DNA from: Podarcis erhardii
Lineage: Eukaryota
Assembly: GCA_964252035.1 (NCBI GenBank)
Contig: CAXUOO010000297.1
Reading direction: 5' to 3' (one strand)
DNA length: 64,000 bases
Below, one piece after another: positions 49,401 through 61,863 of this stretch (positions are counted from its first letter, which is position 1; each line of letters starts with the position of its first letter). The position numbers and the translations under genes were made by a program. Under the pieces are notes generated by a model. That model saw only the letters and a program-made list of their open reading frames with translations. It was not told the DNA's origin and did not search any database.

Positions 49401-52400
49401 CGTTGCAGATGCCTGGTCGCTTATATGTTGATGAGAACCTGTTTCTGAAGGCCACTCAAGTGTTAGCATGATCAATCCGCTTGACCTGTCGAAAATGTGT
49501 CGTTGTCGAGAGAAGCTGTTCTCAGCTGCTGTACGATTCTGAAAGGTGTCGCTTGATGCTGCAGAAAATCAGTTCTAGATTTTTGGTTTGTTGGCTAAAG
49601 CACACGGCTTGTGAACAGTGTGTGCCGCCTGCTTAGTGCATGGAGGTTCGGCATATAGACTATCTGTAGGGGGAGAATATACTGCTTGACTAGCACTTAG
49701 TGCGGTACTGTGTATGCACGTCTGCGAAACTATGTTACAGGATCTGGTGGTCGGTGTAGTATTGGCGAGAGCAAACCGAATTTGTTAAAAATGATGATAT
49801 GCAGAGATGCGAGCGAAATGGCGCGGTGAGAAAAAAGGCAACTGCAAGAGAGACTTCGTCTATCACAGATGAGATGATATCATAGTGCTGACTGCTTTTA
49901 TATAAGCAGGAATAGGAAGCTGAGAGCTTTTTTATGTGATAATAATTTGTGTAGCAGTTTCTACACTGTGGGCGGTAGTTGCAGTATGGTGGGTATACTA
50001 CAGAAACTGCGCAAGGGCGTTTCTTTCCAACGCTATTCGTTCAACTAGTCAACCAAACATGTCAGCAGAATTAAACATTGGCATAGATGTTTCGGTCATA
50101 GAGTAGGTTAAACTGCTAGACGCCTTTATATGATACTGGTTTTTTCCTGGTTCTGCGTAGCTGGCATTTCTGTTTCGGTCTTAGACTGTGACAAACAATC
50201 TTGATAGACGTTTCATTTGTAAAAAGCAGAGCGTACGTTTTCCCTGTTTCGACAGCGTTTTGTAACACGACATTTGTTTAATGATTCATTGCTAGTGAGC
50301 TCTTGTGATGTAGCCTTGAGTAGAGAGAATGACTTCGAGGAACCGCGGTTGTATGTAAATATCTCAGAACGTATGAAAACACATGTGGCGTTGTTTTTAC
50401 ATATACGGTAATGATATTAAGGTCAGATCACATTTTGAATGCTCTGACAGCCTGTTAGATCGTCTGTTAAGAACTGAGCGACAGAGTAATTATAGAAAGC
50501 TGAGATGTAACGGGTCACGGCAAATTTAATGAATGATTCGCACAAAAAATGGCGAATATGAAAAACTGGGACTGTTTTTCATGTTTGCTGAAATCGAGTT
50601 GTTCGCAGTCAAGGCAAAATTACAATTCGTATGTTTGCGAAGAAAGAATATGAGTGGTTTGAGCGATTGACAATGAATGTTTACAAGGAAGAACCGTGTA
50701 GACTCTTGATAGCGTAAAATAGGTGTTCCGTTGTCTGAAGAAGGTGACGTCATTAAGGCTTGGAAACTAGCTCTGTGTGTGTGAACGTCGTTCGCTTACA
50801 TGAGATGAGCGGCTGAAGAATTTTCTGTGTGTATACTTTCTGAAAAAAACAACGTAGATGCTATACAGGACGTGCTGGCGGTAAGCGCGTTTTTCCAGTG
50901 AATAGATTCTGGGATTTGAAGAAAAGCTGATATCGGCAAAGAGCTGTGCTGTGGTTCTATGCTATTGCAGTGTTTCTCGACAATAGAACCAGTTCAATAT
51001 GAGCAGTGAGTGATGGCGTCGATGCGTTTTGGATGTTTTATCTTTTACGACTGCTGATGGATGCGACAGTGCGATGAACATGCGACATACTAGGAAGGTA
51101 CAACTGCACTAGTGCTAGATTGGTATCGCGGAACATGAGGCGATGATTTGTAGCATCGAGATATCGTTTGACATGTTTGAGAACACGAAGGTATGGGGAA
51201 CATTTGCTTATTTCTAATGTGTGTCAGGTATTTTCGAGCGGTCCAAGGAGTCTTGCATCGACAATCAGATGAATACAAGTTATTGTACATCATCGCAAGT
51301 CAATTGGCATCGTCTTCGTGACGGATGAGGGTTGCGCGTTTTGTGTATGCTCTGCTGGTGACGAGGAGACGCTGCTTTGTTTTGCGTCTCCGGAATGCGT
51401 TAAAGATGTCTCCAAAGATATATAGATGACGCTTCGGCGAGCGCGATTCTTTTTAGCTAGTATATTCGGATGCTGCATTGGCTCATAAGCAGCTCGGAGA
51501 TAGACTCGGAGGGTGTCTATTTGATTACACAGATATTTATATCCAGTTTTAAATGTGGCAGTATAGTTTGCGTGACAAGGGAGAAGAAATGTGTATAAAC
51601 AAGTAGAGCGTAGCGGATGCCTGTTCGTGTACATGTGAACGAAACGAGTTTCACAAGGCCACTCAAGTGTTAACATGATCAATCCGCTTGACCTGTCGCA
51701 TGTCGAGAGTCGCTGTTCTCAGCCGCTGGTACAATTCTGAAAGGTGTCGTTTGATGCTGCAGAAAATCAGTTCTAGATTTGTGGTTTGTTGGCTAAAGCA
51801 CACGGCTTGTGGGCAGTTTGTGCCGCCTGCTTAGTGCATGGAGGTTCGGCATATAGACTATCTGTAGGTGGAGAATATACTGCTTGACTAGCACTTAGTG
51901 CGGTACTGTGTATGCACGTCTGCGAAACTATGTTACAGGATCTGGTGGTCGGTGTAGTATTGGCGAGAGCAAACCGAATTTGTTAAAAATGATGATATGC
52001 AGAGATGCGAGCAAAATGGCGCGGTGAGAAAAAAGGCAACTGCAAGAGAGTCTTCGTCTATCACAGATGAGATGATATCATAGTGCTGACTGCTTTTATA
52101 TAAGCAGAAATAAGACGTTGTGAGCTTCTCTATGTGATGGTAATTTGTGTAGTGGTTTCTACACTGTGGGCGGTAGTTGCAGTATGGTGGGTATACTTCA
52201 GGAACTGCGCAAGGGCGTTTCTTTCCAGCGCTATTCGTTCAACTAGTCAACCAAACTTGTCAGCAGAATTAAGAATTGGCATAGATGTTTCGGTCATAGA
52301 AAAAGTTAAACTGCTAGACGCCTTCATATGATACTGCTTTTTTCCTGGTTTCGCGTAGCTGGCATTTCTGTTTCGGGCTTAGACTGTGACAAACAATCAT

Positions 52401-52689
52401 GATAGAAGTTTCATTTGTAAAAAGCAGAGCGTACGGTTTCTTTGTCTCAACAGCGTTTTGTGTCAGGACATTGGTTTATTGATTCATAGCCAGTGAGCTC
52501 CTGTGGTGTAGCCTTGAGTAGAGAGTCTCACTTCGGGGAACCGCGGTTGTATGTGAATCTCTCAAAACATAGGAAGAGACTTGTGGTTTTGGGCTTAAAT
52601 TTGGGTTAGAGAGATCGAAGTCAGATCACACTTGGATTGCTTTGACAGCCTGTAAGTGCGTTTGTCAAGAAATGAGCGACAGAGTAAAT

Positions 52690-55600
52690 ATAGAAAGCTG
52701 AGATGTAACGGGTCATGGCAGGTTTAATAAATGATTCACACAATGAATGGCGAATATGAAAAACGGGGACTGTTTTTCATATTTGGTGAAATCGAGTTGT
52801 TCGCAGTCAGGGCAAAACTACCATTCATATGACTGCGAAGAAAGAATATGAATGGTTTGAGCGATTGACAATGAATGTTTACAAGGAAGAACCGTGTAGA
52901 CTCTTGATAAAGTAAAACGAGTGTTTCCTTGTCTGGAGAAGGTGACGTCGCTAAGGCTTGGATTCTAGCTCTGTGTGGACGTCTTTCGACTACATAAGTT
53001 GAGCGGCTGAAGCATTTTCTGTGTGTATACTTTCTCAAACAAACAACGTAGATTCTATACAGGACGTGGTGGCCGTATGCGCGAATTTTTCAGTGAATAC
53101 ATTCTGGGATTTGAAGAAAAGCTGATATCGGCAAAAAGCTGTGCTGTGGTTCTATGCTATTGCAGTGTTTCTCGACAATAGAACCAGTTCAATATGAGCA
53201 GTGAGTGATGGCGTCGATGCGATCTGGATCTTTTATTTTCTATGGTTGCTGATGAATGCGACTGTGCGATGAACATGCGACATACTAGGAAGGTACAACT
53301 GCACTAGTGCTAGATTGGTATCGCGGAACATGACGCGATGATTTGTAGCATCGAGATATCGTTTGACATGTTTGAGAACACGAAGGTATGGGGAACATTT
53401 GCTTATTTCTAATGTGTGTCAAGTATTTTCGAGCGGTCCAAGGAGTCGTGCATCGACAATCAGATGAATACAATTTAGTGTACATCATCGCAAGTCAATT
53501 GGCATCGTCTTCGTGACGGATGAGGGTTGCGCGTTTTGTGTATGCTCTGCTGGTGACGAGGAGACGCTGCTTTGTTTTGCGATTCCGGAATGCGTTAAAG
53601 ATGTCTCCAAAGATATATAGATGACGCTTCGGCGAGCGCGATTGCTTTTAGCTAGTATATTCGGATGCTGCATTGGCTCATAAGCGGCTCCGAAATAGAC
53701 TCGGAGGGAGTCTATTTGATTACACAAATATTTTAATCTAGTTTGGAACGTGGCAGTATATAGTGCGTGATAGGAGAGATGAGATATATTTCAACAAGTA
53801 AGGCGTTGCAGATGCCTGGTCGTTTATATGTTGATGAGAACCTGTTTCTGACGGCCACTCAAGTGTTAACATGATCAATCCGCTTGACCTGTCGAAAATG
53901 TGTCGTTGTCGAGAGAAGCTGTTCTCAGCTGCTGTACGATTCTGAAAGGTGTCGCTTGATGCTGCAGAAAATCAGTTCTAGATTTTTGGTTTGTTGGCTA
54001 AAGCACACGGCTTGTGGGCAGTTTGTGCCGCCTGCTTAGTGCATGGAGGTTCGGCATATAGACTATCTGTAGGTGGAGAATATACTGCTTGACTAGCACT
54101 TAGTGCGGTACTGTGTATGCACGTCTGCGAAACTATGTTATAGGATCTGGTGGTCGGTGTAGTATTGGCGAGAGCAAACCGAATTTGTTAAAAATATTGA
54201 TACGCAGAGATGCGAGCAAAATGGCGCGGTGAGAAAAAAGGCAACTGCAAGAGAGTCTTCGTGTATCACAAATGAGATGATATCATTGTGGTGATTGATT
54301 TTATATAAGCAGGAATAAGAAGCTGAGAGCTTTTTTATGTGATAATAATTTGTGTAGCAGTTTCTGCACTGTGGGCGGTAGTTGCAGTATGGTGGGGATA
54401 CTACAGAAACTGCGCAAGGGCGTTTCTTTCCAACGGTATTCGTTCAGCTAGTCAACCAAACGTGTCAGCAGAATTGAACATTGGCATAGATGTTTCGGTC
54501 ATAGAGTAGGTTAAACTGCTAGACGCCTTCATATGATACCGGTTCTTTCATGGTTTCGCGTAGCTGGCATTTCTGTTTCGGTCTTAGACTGTGACAAGCA
54601 ATCATGATAGAAGTTTCATTTGTAAAAAGCAAGCGTACGTTTTTCCCTGTCTCGACAGCGTTTTGTAGCACGACATTTGTTCAATGATTCATAGCTAGTG
54701 AGCTCTTGTGATGTAGCCTTGAGTAGAGAGAATGACTTCGAGGAACCGCGGTTGTATTTGAATCTCTCAGAACATAGGAAGAGACATGTGGTTTTGTGCT
54801 TTAATATGAGCTAGAGAGATCAATGTCAGATCACACTTGGATTGCTTTGACAGCCTGTAAGTGCGCTTGTCAAGAAATGAGCGACAGAGTAAATATAGAA
54901 AGCTGAGATGTGACGGGTCATGGCAGGTTTAATAAATGATTCACACAATGAATGGCGAATATTGAAAAACGGGGACTGTTTTTCATATTTGGTGAAATCG
55001 AGTTGTTCGCAGTCAGGGCAAAACTACCATTCATATGAATGCGAAGAAAGAATATGAATGGTTTGAGCGATTGACAATGAATGTTTACAAGGAAGAACCG
55101 TGTAGACTCTTGATAAAGTAAAATGAGTGTTTCCTTGTCTGGAGAAGGTGACGTCGCTAAGGCTTGGATTCTAGCTCTGTGTGGACGTCTTTCGACTACA
55201 TAAGTTGAGCGGCTGAAGCATTTTCTGTGTGTATACTTTCTCAAACAAACAACGTAGATTCTATACAGGACGTGGTGGCCGTATGCGCGAATTTTTCAGT
55301 GAATACATTCTGGGATTTGAAGAAAAGCTGATATCGGCAAAAAGCTGTGCTGTGGTTCTATGCTATTGCCAGTGTTTCTCGACAATAGAACCAGTTCAAT
55401 ATGAGCAGTGAGTGATGGCGTCGATGCGATCTGGATCTTTTATTTTCTATGGTTGCTGATGAATGCGACTGTGCGATGAACATGCGACATACTAGGAAGG
55501 TACAACTGCACTAGTGCTAGATTGGTATCGCGGAACATGACGCGATGATTTGTAGCATCGAGATATCGTTTGACATGTTTGAGAACACGAAGGTATGGGG

Positions 55601-57120
55601 AACATTTGCTTATTTCTAATGTGTGTCAGGTATTTTCGAGCGGTCCAAGGAGTCGTGCATCGACAATCAGATGAATACAATTTAGTGTACATCATCGCAA
55701 GTCAATTGGCATCGTCTTCGTGACGGATGAGGGTTGCGCGTTTTGTGTATGCTCTGCTGGTGACGAGGAGACGCTGCTTTGTTTTGCGATTCCGGAATGC
55801 GTTAAAGATGTCTCCAAAGATATATAGATGACGCTTCGGCGAGCGCGATTGCTTTTAGCTAGTATATTCGGATGCTGCATTGGCTCATAAGCGGCTCCGA
55901 AATAGACTCGGAGGGAGTCTATTTGATTACACAAATATTTTAATCTAGTTTGGAACGTGGCAGTATATAGTGCGTGATAGGAGAGATGAGATATATTTCA
56001 ACAAGTAAGGCGTTTGCAGATGCCTGGTCGTTTATATGTTGATGAGAACCTGTTTCTGACGGCCACTCAAGTGTTAACATGATCAATCCGCTTGACCTGT
56101 CGAAAATGTGTCGTTGTCGAGAGAAGCTGTTCTCAGCTGCTGTACGATTCTGAAAGGTGTCGCTTGATGCTGCAGAAAATCAGTTCTAGATTTTTGGTTT
56201 GTTGGCTAAAGCACACGGCTTGTGGGCAGTTTGTGCCGCCTGCTTAGTGCATGGAGGTTCGGCATATAGACTATCTGTAGGTGGAGAATATACTGCTTGA
56301 CTAGCACTTAGTGCGGTACTGTGTATGCACGTCTGCGAACTATGTTATAGGATCTGGTGGTCGGTGTAGTATTGGCGAGAGCAAACCGAATTTGTTAAAA
56401 ATATTGATACGCAGAGATGCGAGCAAAATGGCGCGGTGAGAAAAAAGGCAACTGCAAGAGAGTCTTCGTCTATCACAAATGAGATGATATCATTGTGGTG
56501 ATTGATTTTATATAAGCAGGAATAAGAAGCTGAGAGCTTTTTTATGTGATAATAATTTGTGTAGCAGTTTCTGCACTGTGGGCGGTAGTTGCAGTATGGT
56601 GGGGATACTACAGAAACTGCGCAAGGGCGTTTCTTTCCAACGGTATTCGTTCAGCTAGTCAACCAAACGTGTCAGCAGAATTGAACATTGGCATAGATGT
56701 TTCGGTCATAGAGTAGGTTAAACTGCTAGACGCCTTCATATGATACCGGTTCTTTCATGGTTTCGCGTAGCTGGCATTTCTGTTTCGGTCTTAGACTGTG
56801 ACAAGCAATCATGATAGAAGTTTCATTTGTAAAAAGCAAGCGTACGTTTTCCCTGTCTCGACAGCGTTTTGTAGCACGACATTTGTTCAATGATTCATAG
56901 CTAGTGAGCTCTTGTGATGTAGCCTTGAGTAGAGAGAATGACTTCGAGGAACCGCGGTTGTATTTGAATCTCTCAGAACATAGGAAGAGACATGTGGTTT
57001 TGTGCTTTAATATGAGCTAGAGAGATCAATGTCAGATCACACTTGGATTGCTTTGACAGCCTGTAAGTGCGCTTGTCAAGAAATGAGCGACAGAGTAAAT
57101 ATAGAAAGCTGAGATGTAAC
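52690..57120. repeat. Recent one-monomer duplication (M25/M26)
   Basis: The sequence is near-identical at a period of ~2206-2207 (ORF track 53285->55492, 53485->55692). Confidence 0.85.
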
Positions 57121-60100
57121 GGGTCATGGCAGGTTTAATAAATGATTCACACAATGAATGGCGAATATGGAAAACGGGGACTGTTTTTCATATCTGGTCA
57201 AATCGAGTCGTTTACAGACTGGTGCAAAATTACCATTCATATGAATGCGAAGAAAGAATATGAATGGCTCGAGCGATTGACAATGAATGTTTACAAGAAT
57301 GAACCGTGTAGACTCTTGATAGCGTAAAATGAATGTTTCGTTGTCTGAAGAAGGTGACGTCGCTAAGGCGTGGATACTAGCTCTGTGTGGACGTCTTTCG
57401 CGTACATGAGTTGAGCGGCTGAAGCATTTTCTGTGTGTATACTTTCTCAAACAAACAACGTAGATTCTATACAGGACGTGCTGGCGGTAAGCGCGTTTTT
57501 CCAGTGAGTAGATTCTGGGATTTGAAGAAACGCTGATGTCGGCGAAGAGCTGTTCTGTGGTTCTATGTTTTGCAGTGTTTTTCTGCAATCGATTCAGTTC
57601 AATATGAGTAGTGTGAAGGCGTCGATGCGTTCTAGATCTTTTATTTTTTATGGTTGCTGATGAATGCGACTGTGCGATGAACATGCGACATACTAGGAAG
57701 GTACAACTGCACTAGTGCTAGATTGGTATCGCGGAACATGACGCGATGATTTGTAGCATCGAGATATCGTTTGACATGTTTGAGAACACGAAGGTATGGG
57801 GAACATTTGCATATTTCCAATGTGTGTCAGGTATTTTCGAGCGGTCCAAGGAGTCTTGCCATCGACAATCAGATGAATACAAGTTATTGTACATCATCGC
57901 AAGTCAATTGGCATCGTCTTCGTGACGGATGAGGGTTGCGCGTTTTGTGTATGCTCTGCTGGTGACGAGGAGACGCTGCTTTGTTTTGCGATTCCGGAAT
58001 GCGTTAAAGATGTCTCCAAAGATATATAGATGACGCTTCGGCGAGCGCGATTGTTTTCAGCTAGTATAATCGGATGCTGCATTGGCTCATAAGCAGCTCC
58101 GAGATAGACTCGGAGGGTGCCTATTTTATTACACAGATATTTATATCCAGTTTGGAATGTGGCAGTATATAGTGCGTAACAAGGGAGAAGAAATGTGTAC
58201 GAACAAGTAGAGCGTAGCGGATGCCTGGTCGTTTATATGTTGATGAGAACCTGTTTCTGAAGGCCCACTCAAGTGTTGAAATGATCATTATGCTTGACTT
58301 GTCAAAAATGTGTCGTTGTCGAGAGTCGCTGTTCTCAGCCGCTGGTACAAGTCTGAAAGGTGTCGCTTGATGCTGCAAAAATCAGCTCTAGATTTTTGGA
58401 TTGTTGGCTAAAACACACGGCTTGTGGGCAGTTTGTGCCGCCTGCTTAGTGCTTGGAAGTTCGGCATATAGACTATCTAAACTTGGAGAACATATCGCAT
58501 GGCTAGCACATAGTGCAATAGTGTATAAACAAGACTGCAAACGTGTGTTATAGGATCTGGTGGTCAGTGTAGTATTGGCGAAAGCAAACCGATTTTGTTG
58601 AAACTGATGATGTGCAGAGATGCGAGCAGAGTGGCGCGGTGAGGAAAAAGGCAACTGCAAGAGAGTCTTCGTCTATCACAGATGAGATGATATCATAGTG
58701 CTGACTGCTTTTATATAAGCAGGGATAAGAATTTGTGAGCTTTTTTATGTGATGGTAATTTGTGTAGCAGTTTCTACACTGTGGGCGGTAGTTGCAGTAT
58801 GGTGGGTATACTACAGAAACTGCGCAAGGGCGTTTCTTTCCGACGGTATTCGTTCAACTAGTCAACCAAACGTGTCAGCAGAATTAAAACATTGGCATAG
58901 ATGTTTCGGTCCATAGAGCAGGTTAAACTGCTAGACGCCTTCATATGATACTGGTTCTTTCATGGTTTCGCGTAGCTGGCATTTCTGTTTCGGTCTTAGG
59001 CTGTGACAAACAATCATGATAGAAGTTTCATTTGTAAAAAGCAAGCGTACGTTTTCCCTGTCTCGACAGCGTTTTGTAGCACGACATTTGTTCAATGATT
59101 CATAGCTAGTGAGCTCTTGTGATGTAGCCTTGAGTAGAGAGTCTGACTTTGAGGAGCCGCGGTTGTATTTGAATCTCTCAGAACATAGGAAGAGACATGT
59201 GGTTTTGTGCTTTAATATGAGCTAGAGAGATCAATGTCAGATCACACTTGGATTGCTTTGACAGCCTGTAAGTGCGCTTGTCAAGAAATGAGCGACAGAG
59301 TAAATATAGAAAGCTGAGATGTAACGGGTCATGGCAGGTTTAATAAATGATTCACACAATGAATGGCGAATATGGAAAACGGGGACTGTTTTTCATATCT
59401 GGTCAAATCGAGTCGTTTACAGACTGGTGCAAAATTACCATTCATATGAATGCGAAGAAAGAATATGAATGGCTCGGAGCGATTGACAATGAATGTTTAC
59501 AAGAATGAACCGTGTAGACTCTTGATAGCGTAAAATGAATGTTTCGTTGTCTGAAGAAGGTGACGTCGCTAAGGCGTGGATACTAGCTCTGTGTGGACGT
59601 CTTTCGCGTACATGAGTTGAGCGGCTGAAGCATTTTCTGTGTGTATACTTTCTCAAACAAACAACGTAGATTCTATACAGGACGTGCTGGCGGTAAGCGC
59701 GTTTTTCCAGTGAGTAGATTCTGGGATTTGAAGAAACGCTGATGTCGGCGAAGAGCTGTTCTGTGGTTCTATGTTTTGCAGTGTTTTTCTGCAATCGATT
59801 CAGTTCAATATGAGTAGTGTGAAGGCGTCGATGCGTTCTAGATCTTTTATTTTTTATGGTTGCTGATGAATGCGACTGTGCGATGAACATGCGACATACT
59901 AGGAAGGTACAACTGCACTAGTGCTAGATTGGTATCGCGGAACATGACGCGATGATTTGTAGCATCGAGATATCGTTTGACATGTTTGAGAACACGGAGG
60001 TATGGGGAACATTTGCTTATTTCAAATGTGTGTCAGGTATTTTCGAGCGGTCCAAGGAGTCTTGCATCGACAATCAGATGAATACAAGTTATTGTACATC

Positions 60101-61500
60101 ATCGCAAATCAATTGGCATCGTCTTCGTGACGGATGAGGGTTGCGCGTTTTGTGTATGCTCTGCTGGTGACGAGGAGACGCTGCTTTGTTTTGCGATTCC
60201 GGAATGCGTTAAAGATGTCTCCAAAGATATATAGATGACGCTTCGGCGAGCGCGATTGTTTTCAGCTAGTATAATCGGATGCTGCATTGGCTCATAAGCA
60301 GCTCCGAGATAGACTCGGAGGGTGCCTATTTTATTACACAGATATTTATATCCAGTTTGAATGTGGCAGTATATAGTGCGTAACAAGGGAGAAGAAATGT
60401 GTACGAACAAGTAGAGCGTAGCGGATGCCTGGTCGTTTATATGTTGATGAGAACCTGTTTCTGAAGGCCACTCAAGTGTTGAAATGATCATTATGCTTGA
60501 CTTGTCAAAAATGTGTCGTTGTCGAGAGTCGCTGTTCTCAGCCGCTGGTACAAGTCTGAAAGGTGTCGCTTGATGCTGCAAAAAATCAGCTCTAGATTTT
60601 TGGATTGTTGGCTAAAACACACGGCTTGTGGGCAGTTTGTGCCGCCTGCTTAGTGCTTGGAAGTTCGGCATATAGACTATCTAAACTTGGAGAACATATC
60701 GCATGGCTAGCACATAGTGCAATAGTGTATAAACAAGACTGCAAACGTGTGTTATAGGATCTGGTGGTCAGTGTAGTATTGGCGAAAGCAAACCGATTTT
60801 GTTGAAACTGATGATGTGCAGAGATGCGAGCAGAGTGGCGCGGTGAGGAAAAAGGCAACTGCAAGAGAGTCTTCGTCTATCACAGATGAGATGATATCAT
60901 AGTGCTGACTGCTTTTATATAAGCAGGGATAAGAATTTGTGAGCTTTTTTATGTGATGGTAATTTGTGTAGCAGTTTCTACACTGTGGGCGGTAGTTGCA
61001 GTATGGTGGGTATACTACAGAAACTGCGCAAGGGCGTTTCTTTCCGACGGTATTCGTTCAACTAGTCAACCAAACGTGTCAGCAGAATTAAAACATTGGC
61101 ATAGATGTTTCGGTCATAGAGCAGGTTAAACTGCTAGACGCCTTCATATGATACTGGTTCTTTCATGGTTTCGCGTAGCTGGCATTTCTGTTTCGGTCTT
61201 AGGCTGTGACAAACAATCATGATAGAAGTTTCATTTGTAAAAAGCAAGCGTACGTTTTCCCTGTCTCGACAGCGTTTTGTAGCACGACATTTGTTCATTG
61301 ATTCATAGCTAGTGAGCTCTTGTGATGTAGCCTTGAGTAGAGAGTCTGACTTTGAGGAGCCGCGGTTGTATTTGAATCTCTCAGAACATAGGAAGAGACA
61401 TGTGGTTTTGTGCTTTGATATGGGCTAGAGAGATCAATGTCAGATCACACTTGGATTGCTTTGACAGCCTGTAAGTGCGCTTGTCAAGAAATGAGCGACA
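56700..61500. repeat. Recent one-monomer duplication (M27/M28)
   Basis: The sequence is near-identical at a period of ~2204-2206 (ORF track 58388->60592). Private variants are shared, such as TTACAAGAATGAACC, CTTAGGCTGTGAC and GAGGAGCCGCGG. Confidence 0.8.
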
Positions 61501-61863
61501 GAGTAAATATAGAAAGCTGAGATGTAACGGGTCATGCAGGTTTAATAAATGATTCACACAATGAATGGCGAATATGGAAAACGGGGACTGTTTTTCATAT
61601 CTGGTCAAATCGAGTCGTTTACAGACTGGTGCAAAATTACCATTCATATGAATGCGAAGAAAGAATATGAATGGCTTGAGCGATTGACAATGAATGTTTA
61701 CAAGAGTGAACCGTGTAGACTCTTGATAGCGTAAAATGAATGTTTCGTTGTCTGAAGAAGGTGACGTCGCTAAGGCGTGGATACTAGCTCTGTGTGGACG
61801 TCTTTCGCCTACATGAGTTGAGCGGCTGAAGCGTTTTCTGTGTGTATAGTTTCTCAAACAAAC

